Counted from the first letter of the stretch, positions 9,972 through 21,139 are shown. The stretch is 64,000 nt of DNA from Nitrosopumilus sp. (GCA_965224195.1 OZ245040.1:1760001-1824000); one strand, 5' to 3'. The notes: generated by a model not told the origin, from the sequence alone. Numbers and translations are program-made.

Positions 9972-11212
9972 AATTTGAACACCTTTGCCACAATATTTAA
10001 TGAATTTACCAGAATATCAATGTCTTGTTTAGTATTGTAAATATAAAAACTAGCACGAGATGTGGCTGCAACATTTAGCCTTTCCATTAATACTTGTGCA
10101 CAGTGATGACCAGATCTAACTGCAATTCCCTCTCCATCAATAATTTGTGCAACATCATGAGGATGAACATCTGCAAAATTAAATGAGATAACTCCACCAC
10201 GTTTTGAAATATCTTTTGTACCATAGATATGAAGTCCTTTAACTGCAGATAATTTTTCAATAGCATATTTTGTTAATTCAATCTCATGTTCTCGTACATT
10301 ATCCATTCCAATTTTAGTAAGATAATCTATTGCAGCACCCAAACCAACAACATCTGCAATGTTTGGAGTACCCGCTTCAAATTTGTAAGGCAAGTCATTC
10401 CATGTTGTTTCATACTTGTGAACTTCTCTAATCATATCACCGCCACCATGGAATGGGCTCATAGTTTCTAGAACAGATTTTTTGACCCACAAGACACCAA
10501 TTCCTGTTGGACCAAGCATTTTATGCCCAGAGAATGCAAAGAAATCACACCCTAATTTTTCAAGATCAACTTTCATGTGTGGAACTGCTTGTGCACCATC
10601 AACTAAAGTAGGCACACCTGCGGCTTTACATTTTTCAATAATCTTTTCAGCATTAGTAATCGTTCCAAGAACATTTGACATTAAACTAAAGGTTACAAGT
10701 TTTACTTTGCCTGTTGCAAGATATTTGTCAAGGTCATCTAAAATTAATTCCCCATTATCATCCATTCCAATATATTCTAATTTTGCACGTTTTTCTTGAG
10801 TAAGAAGCTGCCATGGAACAATATTACTATGATGTTCATATTCAGTTGTAACAATGATGTCACCTTCATTGATGTGAGGTCTACCCCATGCATATGCAAC
10901 TAAATTAATTGCTTCAGTTGTACCACGAACAAAAATAAGTTCTTGTCGATTTTTTACGTTAACAAAATTTGCAATTTTATCTCTTGAAGCCTCATAAGCT
11001 TCAGTTGCTTCTTCAGCAAGTGCATAAACAGCTCTGTGAATATTTGCATTATGATTTTGATAATAATCAGTAATGGCATCTATTACTTGATTTGGTTTTT
11101 GTGTTGTAGATGCATTGTCTAAATAAACAAGTTGCTTATTATCTCTAACAATTCTTTTTAGAATTGGAAAATCATTTCGTATATTTTCAAATAATGATTC
11201 TGAGCTTTGCAT
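9968..11212 (-). CDS. sufS: Cysteine desulfurase, SufS type
   Basis: 'YLDNASTTQKP', 'FSGHKMLGPTG', 'RSGHHCAQ'. Confidence 0.96.
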   Translation of the reverse strand: MQSSESLFENIRNDFPILKRIVRDNKQLVYLDNASTTQKPNQVIDAITDYYQNHNANIHRAVYALAEEATEAYEASRDKIANFVNVKNRQELIFVRGTTEAINLVAYAWGRPHINEGDIIVTTEYEHHSNIVPWQLLTQEKRAKLEYIGMDDNGELILDDLDKYLATGKVKLVTFSLMSNVLGTITNAEKIIEKCKAAGVPTLVDGAQAVPHMKVDLEKLGCDFFAFSGHKMLGPTGIGVLWVKKSVLETMSPFHGGGDMIREVHKYETTWNDLPYKFEAGTPNIADVVGLGAAIDYLTKIGMDNVREHEIELTKYAIEKLSAVKGLHIYGTKDISKRGGVISFNFADVHPHDVAQIIDGEGIAVRSGHHCAQVLMERLNVAATSRASFYIYNTKQDIDILVNSLNIVAKVFKL

Positions 11213-11215
11213 ATC

Positions 11216-11524
11216 TTAAATCTTCACGTAAATTTCATTAGAGTCTATTTTAACATTATATACCGAAAGAGGTGTTTCAGCAGGAAGATTTTGTGGCTCA
11301 CCATTTACTAAATTAAAAACAGAGAGATGTAGAGGACATCGAACACCCTCATCACTAAGAAATCCGGTTGAAAGGTCTGCATCTGCATGAGAGCACATTA
11401 AATCAGTAGCATGAATTTTACCCTTTAAATTTGCGATAAGGAGTTTTTTGCCTTCATGTACAAATCCAAAAAGTTGACCTTCTTTTACCTGCTCCAAAGT
11501 GCAAGCTTTAATCCATTCAGACAA
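11216..11524 (-). CDS. Rieske [2Fe-2S] ferredoxin
   Basis: 'CSH...CPLH' Rieske ligands. Confidence 0.9.
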   Translation of the reverse strand: MSEWIKACTLEQVKEGQLFGFVHEGKKLLIANLKGKIHATDLMCSHADADLSTGFLSDEGVRCPLHLSVFNLVNGEPQNLPAETPLSVYNVKIDSNEIYVKI

Positions 11525-11528
11525 AATA

Positions 11529-12929
11529 TCACCGATACTTGTAGTGTTGTTCTATTTCAGAGTCTTCATTGTAGCGAGTCTCTTCAATTTCAACAAATTT
11601 AGTCAATTCTTCATCGGTGTTAATTGTAAGTTCTTTATTCTCCCATTTAGATTCAATAAGATAAGCAATCCATGCTCTGACTTGGATGGACATTTTTCGT
11701 GAAAGAGGTTCCAAAAAGCCTTCAACAATTATTCGCTCAGCTTCTGCATGGGTAAGACATCTAGTTTTAAGATAGAAAATTTGTTCTTCATCAATTTGTG
11801 CAACAGATGCAGAGTGTGTAGCCTTTACATCATTAGTGAAAATTTCCAATCCAGGAATTGCGTCAGATTTTGCATCTTTATCTAAAAGAATAGAACGACC
11901 AGACAAGAATGAATTAGATTTTGCAGCGTTTTCTTTAATTCTAATCATTCCTTTGAAGAGGGATTTTGATTTATTTCTTAAAATTGATTTTTCAACAACT
12001 CTACCTTCAGTTGCTGGGCTTTCATGATTAACATTAGTTTGAATATCAAATGATTGCTCATTATTTCCAAAAATTACTTCTGAATCATTTGAAGATGCCC
12101 CACGGCCATTAAGGAAATATTCGATTTTGTATCTAGATAGCATTGAACCAAATAATCCAGAATACCAATTAACTTTAGAATCTTGTGCTAAATCAGTTCG
12201 TCTCGTTGTAAAAGTTACAGCATGTTGATCCATCATTTGTAAAGTGGTAATATCTAGTTGCGCATTTGCTGCAACATTGGTATTTAATAATTCAAGATAT
12301 GCTTGTTGTGCTTCAGTTTTTGGAGAATACAACTCTTGAACTATTGCAGCTTTACTATTCTCATCTGCAAATATTATATTTCTAGAAATTACAGATTGAT
12401 CATCATCAGATAGACAAGTCAAAAAGTAAACAGCTTTATCTAAGACTAAATTACGTGGGATGTGAATAAATATTCCAGAATTAAATGCAGCATTATTTAG
12501 TGCAGTAAATTTATCTTCTTCAGATTTAGAAGCCTCTAGTGCTTTTTTGACTAATTCAGGATTATTTTTAATTGCATCAGATATTGAAGAAACCACTAAT
12601 CCTTTAGATTTTAAATCATCAGGGAGGTTAATTTTATGAATATTTGTTCCAATTTGAATAATACAAATTTCTTTTTCTAATTCACTTAATCTTTTTTTAA
12701 GGAAATCTGGAACAGTTGCAGTTGTAGAAGTTGAAAGAGACACTTTTTCTGGATCCATTTTTTTTGCATCAGTGTATTTGTTGTAAAGTGGAGATAACTC
12801 AATTGCCAAACCATCATAGACAGATAGAGAATTTTTTCTATAATCTTTTAGCCAATCAGGTTCATTTCTCGATGAAGAAATCTCATTGATATGAGTAGTA
12901 TTGAGTTTTGAAAGGAGAGATTGGGACAT
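11529..12929 (-). CDS. sufD: Fe-S cluster assembly protein SufD
   Basis: 'PGLEIFTNDVKATHSASVAQIDEEQIFYL'; SufB paralogue. Confidence 0.92.
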   Translation of the reverse strand: MSQSLLSKLNTTHINEISSSRNEPDWLKDYRKNSLSVYDGLAIELSPLYNKYTDAKKMDPEKVSLSTSTTATVPDFLKKRLSELEKEICIIQIGTNIHKINLPDDLKSKGLVVSSISDAIKNNPELVKKALEASKSEEDKFTALNNAAFNSGIFIHIPRNLVLDKAVYFLTCLSDDDQSVISRNIIFADENSKAAIVQELYSPKTEAQQAYLELLNTNVAANAQLDITTLQMMDQHAVTFTTRRTDLAQDSKVNWYSGLFGSMLSRYKIEYFLNGRGASSNDSEVIFGNNEQSFDIQTNVNHESPATEGRVVEKSILRNKSKSLFKGMIRIKENAAKSNSFLSGRSILLDKDAKSDAIPGLEIFTNDVKATHSASVAQIDEEQIFYLKTRCLTHAEAERIIVEGFLEPLSRKMSIQVRAWIAYLIESKWENKELTINTDEELTKFVEIEETRYNEDSEIEQHYKYR

Positions 12930-12958
12930 GATTCATCAAAATTATATTTTTGGGGAGA

Positions 12959-14368
12959 TTATCCCACTGAGTCATCCATCTCTAGTTTGATGAGTCTGTT
13001 TAATTCAACAGCATACTCCATTGGTAATTCTTTTGTGAATGGTTCCATGAAACCATTTACAATTAGAGATAGTGCCTCTTCCTCGTTGAATCCTCTACTC
13101 ATAAGATAGAAGATTTGTTCATCACCAATTTTTCCAACAGTTGCTTCGTGTGTAATTGTTGCATCTTCTTGATTAATTTCCATGTATGGATATGTATCAG
13201 TTTTAGATGTATCATCTAAAAGCAATGCATCACATCTTACAGTAGATTTTACACCAGTAGCACCTTTTGCTACATGTAACATTCCTCTGTAAGTAGAACG
13301 GCCATCAAGTCGGCTTACTGACTTTGATGTAACTTTTGAAGTAGTATTTGGTGCAAGATGAACCATTTTAGCACCTGTATCTTGATGTTGTCCTTTACCA
13401 GCAAAGGCAATAGATAGTGTTTCACCATATGCACGTTCACCCATAAGGTAAACTCCAGGATATTTCATTGTTAGTTTACTACCAATGTTTCCATCAATCC
13501 ATTCAACAGTTGCGCCTTCATGTGCATAAGCACGTTTTGTTACAAGATTGTAAACATCTGCACTCCAATTTTGAATTGTAGTGTATCTTAGTTTTGCATC
13601 TTTAAGTGCAACTAACTCTACAACTGCAGAGTGTAGTGATTCTGAAGAATAAACAGGAGCAGTACAACCTTCAATGTAATGTACTTCTGCACCTTCATCA
13701 ACAATAATCAATGTTCTTTCAAATTGACCAATATTTTCTGCATTAATTCTAAAGTATGCTTGTAGAGGCATGTCAATATGAACACCTGGTGGAACATAGA
13801 TGAAAGAGCCACCACTCCACACTGCACTGTTAAGTGCTGCAAATTTGTTATCCTCTGGAGGAATAATCTTACCAAAGTATTTTTTGAATAACTCTGGATG
13901 TTCAATAAGAGCTGCATCAGTATCTAAAAAGAGAACACCTTGTTTTGCTAAATCTTCTCTTAGACTGTGATATACAACTTCAGATTCATATTGTGCACCT
14001 ACACCTGCTAAGAATTTCTTTTCAGCTTCTGGAATTCCTAGTTTGTCAAATGTAGCTTTGACATTGTCTGGAACATCATCCCAGTTCTTTTCTACTTTGT
14101 CAGATGCTTTGGCATAATAGTAAATATTTTGGAAATCAATTACACTAAGATCTCCACCCCAAGTTGGCATTGGTTTTTGCATAAAAATTTCATAAGAACG
14201 TAATCTGAAATCAAGCATCCATTGTGGCTCTTTTTTCATTTTACTGATTTCTATTACAGTGTCCTTAGACAGGCCTTTCTTGCTAAGGTGGACATACAAT
14301 TCTGTAGAATCCTTAAAGTCATATTGTGAATAATCCATATCTAGATTTTCAGCAGTCATGTTCGTCAT
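12959..14368 (-). CDS. sufB: Fe-S cluster assembly protein SufB
   Basis: '[13 protein letters not shown]', 'GQFERTLI', 'YIEGCTAP', 'HEATVGKI'. Confidence 0.97.
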   Translation of the reverse strand: MTNMTAENLDMDYSQYDFKDSTELYVHLSKKGLSKDTVIEISKMKKEPQWMLDFRLRSYEIFMQKPMPTWGGDLSVIDFQNIYYYAKASDKVEKNWDDVPDNVKATFDKLGIPEAEKKFLAGVGAQYESEVVYHSLREDLAKQGVLFLDTDAALIEHPELFKKYFGKIIPPEDNKFAALNSAVWSGGSFIYVPPGVHIDMPLQAYFRINAENIGQFERTLIIVDEGAEVHYIEGCTAPVYSSESLHSAVVELVALKDAKLRYTTIQNWSADVYNLVTKRAYAHEGATVEWIDGNIGSKLTMKYPGVYLMGERAYGETLSIAFAGKGQHQDTGAKMVHLAPNTTSKVTSKSVSRLDGRSTYRGMLHVAKGATGVKSTVRCDALLLDDTSKTDTYPYMEINQEDATITHEATVGKIGDEQIFYLMSRGFNEEEALSLIVNGFMEPFTKELPMEYAVELNRLIKLEMDDSVG

Positions 14369-14447
14369 AACTCCGTTATATTATAAATACATGAGGAAAA
14401 ATAGGCGGAGCTAGTTAGGGCAAGCTAAAATTACAAATTCATCCAAT

Positions 14448-15242
14448 TTAACTAAGACTGGTTTTCACAGTATCAAATGCACCTGCAACAGTATGTATTT
14501 CAGATACGATATAAGAAACATCAAATTTCTTTAGTTCCTCAGATGTAAAAGGTCCAATACCAACCAAAGACAATTTTGAGAGACGAGTAATCAAATCAGA
14601 TTTTTGATAGTCTTTTTGCATAATTTCAAAAAATCCACGAACAGATGAAGCACTAGTAAAAATAACACCATCAATCTTATTTTGAGAAAATAATTCTCGA
14701 AATCCATTCCATTGAGTTGTGTCTCTAAATGCACACACATCATACAGATGAATCTCTACAACATTGATTCCAATCTTGTTTAGTAATTCTTTGAGAAAAG
14801 AGTTTGCTGCACCACTACGAGGAATAATTACTTTTTTACCAACGGCATGAATTTGAGAAAATTCTTCACCAACCCCAACTGAAGAATTATTTTTTGGTTC
14901 GTGATTTACTTTGATACCATAGACATCCAAAGTTGCCGTGGTTTTAGGACCAACTGACATTACTATAGTATTTGCAACTGCCAATTGTAATTTTTCAAAG
15001 TGTCCAACATTTTTTGCAGTATCAAATAATATTTTTACAGCTTTTGAGCTTAAGAATACAGAGTAATCAGGGTGTTCAGTTTCCACTAAAGTCAAAAATT
15101 CATCAACAATTTTCTCGCCCTTACTTACAAGTTCTATTGTAGGTAATGAAATTGGTATTGCTTTGTTTTGTTCAGCAAGAGAGATAAATTCTGATGCATC
15201 AGCTTTTGAACGAGTTATGGCAATTGTTTTTCCATCAAGCAT
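14448..15242 (-). CDS. hemD: Uroporphyrinogen-III synthase
   Basis: 'IAITR', 'VGPKT', 'FTSASSV', 'IGPFT'; operon position after cobA. Confidence 0.9.
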   Translation of the reverse strand: MLDGKTIAITRSKADASEFISLAEQNKAIPISLPTIELVSKGEKIVDEFLTLVETEHPDYSVFLSSKAVKILFDTAKNVGHFEKLQLAVANTIVMSVGPKTTATLDVYGIKVNHEPKNNSSVGVGEEFSQIHAVGKKVIIPRSGAANSFLKELLNKIGINVVEIHLYDVCAFRDTTQWNGFRELFSQNKIDGVIFTSASSVRGFFEIMQKDYQKSDLITRLSKLSLVGIGPFTSEELKKFDVSYIVSEIHTVAGAFDTVKTSLS

Positions 15243-15982
15243 TATTTCCAACCTATAGTATCTGACAAATCAACTACTTTTCCAATTATGATATTTGTAG
15301 GAGGAATAATTTTGTTTTCTTTAACTTTTTTTGCAATATTTGTGACTGTACCTTTGATCATTTTTTGTTTAGGAGTAGTACCATTTTGAATTACAGCAAC
15401 TGGAGTTTTTTTATCCATTCCACCAACAATCAATTGTTTGCAAATAACATCTATTCTAGACAAACCCATCATAATTACAATAGTATCAACTGATTTTGCA
15501 AGGTTTTTCCATTTGACAATTTCTTTTTTCTTTTCTGGATCTTCATGTCCTGTAACAAAAACTACTGATGATGCATATTTTCTATGAGTTAACGGAATTC
15601 CAGCATATGTTGCTGAACCAATTCCAGAAGTAATCCCTGGAACAATTTCATATTTTATTTTATTTTCTTTAAGAAATTCTGCCTCTTCACCACCACGTCC
15701 AAAAATAATTGGATCACCGCCCTTTAGTCTAACAACATTTTTTTTAGATTTTGCATATTGTACCATTAAATCATTAGTTGTGATTTGATGTGTTGTGTCA
15801 TCCCCTACTGCACGACCAACATAGACTTTTTCTGCCTTTTTTGGAATCATTGAAATTATTTTTTTGCTAACTAATCTATCATACAAAACAACATCTGCTT
15901 TTTCAAGTAATTCGACAGCACGTAACGTAATTAATTTACTATCTCCAGGGCCTGCACCAACAAGATACACTTTTCCAGTCAT
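15242..15982 (-). CDS. cobA: Uroporphyrinogen-III C-methyltransferase
   Basis: 'VYLVGAGPGD', 'RLKGGDPIIFGRGGEE', 'VPGITS'. Confidence 0.96.
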   Translation of the reverse strand: MTGKVYLVGAGPGDSKLITLRAVELLEKADVVLYDRLVSKKIISMIPKKAEKVYVGRAVGDDTTHQITTNDLMVQYAKSKKNVVRLKGGDPIIFGRGGEEAEFLKENKIKYEIVPGITSGIGSATYAGIPLTHRKYASSVVFVTGHEDPEKKKEIVKWKNLAKSVDTIVIMMGLSRIDVICKQLIVGGMDKKTPVAVIQNGTTPKQKMIKGTVTNIAKKVKENKIIPPTNIIIGKVVDLSDTIGWK

Positions 15983-16914
15983 GACTTATTCCATTCCTCC
16001 ACTTTTTCTCTCCAATTTAATGCAAGATCATTTACTCCTTTCATACGAAGTTCTTCTCCTACGCTTTTTCCCAGAGATGCAGGATCGTCCTTCTTTCCAG
16101 TTTTATTTACCAGAAGAGATTGTTTTCCATCTACAGAGAATGCAGACACAGTCAAAGTCATCTCAGAGTCATTTGATTTTGCATATGCCCCTAATGGGAA
16201 TCTGCATCCAGAATCAACATAATCAGAAAGGGAACGCTCAGCCTCAATCTCTAAACGAGAATTAGCATCTTCAATTTTCTTTAACATTGAAATTGTTTTA
16301 ACATCATCTGCTCTTGCAACAATTGCAATAGCACCTTGGCCTGGAGAAGGAGAAAAATCTTCAATGGATAATACAGTGTATTTTACATCCACTCCTAGTC
16401 TTAAAATTCCAGCTTGTGCTAGAACTATTGCATCATAGTTTTCACCAGATGTTTTTTTAATTCTAGTTTCAATATTTCCACGTATTGGTTTTACAATTAC
16501 ATCAGGTCTTTTTCTTGAAACTTGAACTGCTCTTCTTAATGAACTAGTTCCAATTACTGAACCTTCTTTGATATTGTCTAGTGTTGAACCATCTGAAGAT
16601 ATGAATACATCATTAACTACTTCGCGTTTTGGAATAGATGCTAGTATTAGGTTTTCATCTAGTTCGGATGGAACATCCTTCAAACTATGTACTGCAAAAT
16701 CCACTTCCTTTTGAGCAACGGCTCTATCAATCTCTTTTTCAAAAATTCCTTTTTGATCTATTGTAAATAATGGTCGAGTATCAATATCACCCTTTGTTGT
16801 AATTGGTTTAATTTCATATTCACAATCAGGATTTACTTTTTTCAATTCAGAAATTACCCAGTTTGTCTGTGCAACAGATAACTGACTTCCTCTAGATCCT
16901 ACTGTATACTTCAA
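15979..16914 (-). CDS. hemC: Hydroxymethylbilane synthase (PBG deaminase)
   Basis: 'GSRGSQLSVAQ', 'AVHSLKDVP', 'GTSSLRR', 'IRGNIETR'. Confidence 0.97.
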   Translation of the reverse strand: MKYTVGSRGSQLSVAQTNWVISELKKVNPDCEYEIKPITTKGDIDTRPLFTIDQKGIFEKEIDRAVAQKEVDFAVHSLKDVPSELDENLILASIPKREVVNDVFISSDGSTLDNIKEGSVIGTSSLRRAVQVSRKRPDVIVKPIRGNIETRIKKTSGENYDAIVLAQAGILRLGVDVKYTVLSIEDFSPSPGQGAIAIVARADDVKTISMLKKIEDANSRLEIEAERSLSDYVDSGCRFPLGAYAKSNDSEMTLTVSAFSVDGKQSLLVNKTGKKDDPASLGKSVGEELRMKGVNDLALNWREKVEEWNKS

Positions 16915-18191
16915 TTTTTCACCGATTTTAATGCTAAATTATATACATCAAGTGTTTTGTTTAGATCAGTTTGAGTATGCGCATCAGAGAGAAAAACTAC
17001 TTCAAACTGAGACGGTGCAATGAAAACTCCATTTTTCAATAAAGTTCGGAATAGTTTTTGGAATTTCTTGGCATTTGCGTTCTTTGAAGTTTGATAATTT
17101 ACAACAGGCTTGTTTGTAAAGAAAATTTGAAACATTGAGGCTGTAAAATTGATTTGGTGAGGGATTTTCATGTCTGTAGCCATATCATCTAATGCTGTAG
17201 AAAACAAAAGATTGAATCTCTCAAGTTTTGAATAGAGTTTATTTTTGATTTTGTTAATTGTTTTAATTGAACTAATGGCAGCACTAACAGAAATAGGATT
17301 ACCAGCAAATGTACTTGCTTGGTAAACTTTGCCACCAGGAGAAAGTAAATCCATAATTTCTTTTTTACCGCCCACAGCTGAAATTGTAAATCCATTGCTT
17401 AGTGCTTTAGCAATTGTAGTAATATCAGGCTCAATTCCAAAATGCTCTTGTGCTCCACCAGGTGCAACTCTAAAACCAGTAACAACCTCATCAAAAATTA
17501 ATGGGATGTTATTTTCTTTAGTAATCTTTCGTAAATCAGAGAGGAAATTCTTTTCAGGTAAGATTAATCCCATATTAGCTAAAATTGGTTCTACAATAAC
17601 TCCTGCAATGTCTTTATTTTTTTTAATTGTTTTTTGCAAATCTTCTATATTGTTATACTCTACAACCAAAGTATTTTTTGAAACTTCATCCAGCCCACCA
17701 TCAGATACAGAAATTACATTATGTGCAGAACCAGAACCAGCTTTAACTAAAACAGAATCATGTGCACCATGATAACACCCTTCAAATTTTATTATTTTTT
17801 TCTTTTTTGTAAAACCACGTGCCAATCTAATTGCAGTCATTGTAGCTTCACCACCAGTATTCATCAATCTTACTTTATCAACAGATGAAAAATTTCCAAT
17901 AATTAATTTTGAAAGTTCAATTTCAGATTCAGTAGGAGTACAGTAAAGAGTGCCTTTTGTTAATTGATTAGAAACAGATTTGAGAATTTCTTTGCGTCGA
18001 TGTCCTAAGAGTAAAGCCCCATATCCATTGCAAAAGTCGATGTAACGATTGTTATCAGCATCCCAGATGTATGCCCCATTTGCTTTTTTTGTAAAGAACG
18101 GATATGGCTCAAAATATCTAACTGGGCTATTAACGCCTGAGGGGATTACTTTTTTCGCAATATTGAATAATTTTTTGGATTCAGACACCAT
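16911..18191 (-). CDS. hemL: Glutamate-1-semialdehyde 2,1-aminomutase
   Basis: 'GVNSPVR', 'FEGCYHG', 'FDEVVTGFR', 'TFAGNP'. Confidence 0.96.
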   Translation of the reverse strand: MVSESKKLFNIAKKVIPSGVNSPVRYFEPYPFFTKKANGAYIWDADNNRYIDFCNGYGALLLGHRRKEILKSVSNQLTKGTLYCTPTESEIELSKLIIGNFSSVDKVRLMNTGGEATMTAIRLARGFTKKKKIIKFEGCYHGAHDSVLVKAGSGSAHNVISVSDGGLDEVSKNTLVVEYNNIEDLQKTIKKNKDIAGVIVEPILANMGLILPEKNFLSDLRKITKENNIPLIFDEVVTGFRVAPGGAQEHFGIEPDITTIAKALSNGFTISAVGGKKEIMDLLSPGGKVYQASTFAGNPISVSAAISSIKTINKIKNKLYSKLERFNLLFSTALDDMATDMKIPHQINFTASMFQIFFTNKPVVNYQTSKNANAKKFQKLFRTLLKNGVFIAPSQFEVVFLSDAHTQTDLNKTLDVYNLALKSVKN

Positions 18192-18450
18192 TAAAATGGT
18201 ATTTTAGGTCATTATTATTCGTAATAGGAAACAGAAAAGTACTGTTTACATAATAACTCTCTGGGATCAAAATTGTGCCAGTTAACTACATCAGTACATT
18301 ATTGACTCGTGAAGAGTTTTTTGATAAAGCCTAGATAAAATCATACATTCATTACATTGTGTAAGATAATGTTACACAACAAACTCAGTATTTCCCAGTA
18401 TGTGAATATTCCAATTACATATAATAACAAAAAATTAATTTTTACATTTT

Positions 18451-18552
18451 ATGACTGCTAAAGAAACTAGATGTAAAAAATGCGGGGAAAAATTCTCCAA
18501 TCGTGCTAGCAGTTATTGTTCAAATAAATGTGCACAAAGTGATCTTGGATAG
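18451..18552 (+). CDS. 33-aa treble-clef-type zinc-finger micro-protein (not in ORF track)
   Basis: MTAKETRCKKCGEKFSNRASSYCSNKCAQSDLG*; CxxCG..F...YCSxxC. Confidence 0.6.
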   Translation: MTAKETRCKKCGEKFSNRASSYCSNKCAQSDLG

Positions 18553-19023
18553 AATATTACAAGTTAAAAATAAAATTGGATTTTTTTACATTTAGATAAT
18601 TAAAACAGCTTAAGTGGAAAAAACAATGTAAACCACCCAAACACAATCATAAGAAATGCTGTTTTTACTGCAAATCGTAATCTATCAGGTTTAATCTTAT
18701 CCATTACAAGGACAACCCCTAATGAAATAAAAGGTACTGTGAGAATAAAATAATATGGAAACATCACTCTTCCAGTAAATTGCAGTAACAAATATGGAAC
18801 ATACATGGAAATCAATCCAGAAGCAAGGAACAGTGTTGTTTTATCTCGTTTTTTGAAAATACCATATATGATTAATGCAATTGTGGACCAGAATCCTATG
18901 ATCCATAAAGATTGGTTTGGATCTCCTCTCCATTCAATTCCAAATACTTTTCCAATATGCAATACGCCATTGTAGGTATCATCAAATGGTTTTTCCTCAA
19001 TCCAACCTAAACCATTAGCATTA

Positions 19024-20089
19024 GATGAGTTGTGCAACTAGTCCAATTTGAGTATAATCTCAACATTTTCTAATCATAAGATCCAAAGCTAAGACTGAAT
19101 TATTTTCAATTCATGTTTAATTGCACAAACTGGCAAAAAAACCAAAGCAATTCCTGTCAATAGCAGGACTAACTGTTCCACAGTTTGATTCCCTATACAA
19201 GGAAATAAAGAAAAATTGCAAAACTGCAGAACAAAAGGGATTGTCCAAAAATAGAGAAAGAGACATTGGTGCAGGACACAAGTTTGACTTGTCCTTCAAA
19301 GACAGAATTCTAATGTTTTTCATGTACTACAGAATGTACACAACATATGACATGCCAGGGATGATATTTGATTTGGACAAACCAAACGTAATGAGAAACA
19401 TCAGATATTTGGAGCCTGCAGTGAAGCAGTCCATTATAATTGCTGCCAAAAAATATGCAGACTCAAAAAAGATTAACGGCATGCAGGAATTGCAAGAATT
19501 CTTTCCGGAATTAGTTGCAATCACTGATGGCACAGAACAGCCCATCCCAAGACCAAAAAACAAAAAGAAAAGAAAGGCACACCATTCAGGCAAAAAGAAA
19601 AAACATGCAGTACAAAATCAAATCGCCATAAATCCTGATGGGATAACAATCCACAAATCTGCACATTCGCCTGGCAGCCATCATGATTACAGAATTTACA
19701 AATCAAAGCATCCAACATTATCTGAAGGGTTGCTGCAGTCTTATGATCTTGGATATTTGGGGATGGAAAAGGACTTTCCAGAACAGGCAAGTGTTTTGCC
19801 ATACAAGAAAAAGAAAGGAAAAAAATTGACTGTTGCTCAAAAGGAGTGGAACAAGATGCAGTCAAAAATTAGAATAAAAGTTGAACGTGCTATTGCACAA
19901 GTCAGGCAATTTCGGATAAATCGCGATGTGTTTAGAAACAAATTATGCAGATATGATGTGATAAGTGAAATTGTTTGTGGGACTGTCAATTTCAAGATTA
20001 AATGGAAAGAAGAATTCATTGCAATTCCATAAAATTAAGAATTAAATGATAGAAAAGTTAGATTTTTGCTTGTAATTACGCAACTCATC
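19024..20089 (+). mobile_element. IS5-family insertion sequence (ISL2/Harbinger-like DDE), 1066 bp
   Basis: Imperfect TIRs GATGAGTTGTGCAACTA / GATGAGTTGCGTAATTA (14/17); TA target duplication at 19022-19023 and 20090-20091. Confidence 0.9.
19121..20032 (+). CDS. DDE transposase (N-terminal HTH plus DDE domain), possibly 5'-frameshifted
   Basis: 'GLTVPQFD', 'GAGHKFDL', 'DGTEQPI', 'HSGKKKKH', 'DLGYLG', 'RIKVE'. Confidence 0.88.
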   Translation: MHKLAKKPKQFLSIAGLTVPQFDSLYKEIKKNCKTAEQKGLSKNRERDIGAGHKFDLSFKDRILMFFMYYRMYTTYDMPGMIFDLDKPNVMRNIRYLEPAVKQSIIIAAKKYADSKKINGMQELQEFFPELVAITDGTEQPIPRPKNKKKRKAHHSGKKKKHAVQNQIAINPDGITIHKSAHSPGSHHDYRIYKSKHPTLSEGLLQSYDLGYLGMEKDFPEQASVLPYKKKKGKKLTVAQKEWNKMQSKIRIKVERAIAQVRQFRINRDVFRNKLCRYDVISEIVCGTVNFKIKWKEEFIAIP

Positions 20090-21139
20090 TATTTTCTGGA
20101 AGAGGTATCGGTAGAACCCAATTATGAGGAAAATTTGTAATGTTTGTGCCCCAATTTTTAACTTTATAAGCATCAGAGCTAAGATAGCCATTACTTAGAA
20201 AGATTCCAAGATGTTCAATAGGATTAGTAGCCACTCCAACTGGTATTTGTTTAGAGTAACCTCTGGACTCCATAACCTTAACTTTAGGATAAGAAATAGC
20301 CCCTTCTCTTCCATCAGGAAGTTTTTCTGTAACAATCATTGGATCATATATTATTGGTTGATATACAACGTCATAAACCCACAGTGGAATTAAGAATGAT
20401 GCAGGTACGATTCCCAAAAAAATCAATGTCTTTTTTAGACCATTAATTTTTTGATTCCAATTACGATTCAGAATAATATGATTAATCATAATTAAAAAGA
20501 AAAAGAAAATAGCTGTTTCTTTAATTAAAAATGCAAAATCCAAAGGCAATGCTGCAAGATAATATCTCTTTTTAATATAAAAATAAAACGACAATATTCC
20601 AAAAAACATCAATGGTATATCTCTCAAAAAAAGACTTGAATGTACAAAGAATATTGTATCAAATGACAATATTGCTGTGGCCAAAAGAGCATTTTTTTCT
20701 GATGTATATTCACGAAATATTTTATAAAAAACAAACAAGGACATTGCCCCAAAAATTACAGATGGGATTCTCCATGAGAACCAATTATCTCCAAAAACAA
20801 TAGTTGCAGTACCTTGGAAAAAATTAATTCCAGGAAGTTGATATGGAACGTGGTCTTCACCTTTGAGAAAATCTCGCATTATTTCAATAAAAATAGATTC
20901 ATCCCAAATTTGTAAAAATTGAGGTTGTGAAATAACAAAAATATGAAAAATTATTGAAATGAGAATTATGTGGGTGATTGTTACTTTATGAACATATTCC
21001 TGAAGCAATATTCAAACATAAAATAGTTTGATTAAAAATCTTTAAAAATAAAATTAGTTTGTACCGTAATTGATAGATCTCTAAAACATCCAAACTAAGC
21101 CTATTTTGTGCCTATAATACCAGTCATTTCTGACCAATC

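Larger units (their letters stand above)
18600..21008 (-). pseudogene. PMT/ArnT-like (GT-C fold) membrane glycosyltransferase interrupted by an IS
   Basis: N-part 20092-21008 ('WDE', 'WRIPS', many TMs) and C-part 18600-19023; removing 19024-20091 restores one 446-aa frame (...PIPLPENNANGLGW...). Confidence 0.88.
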
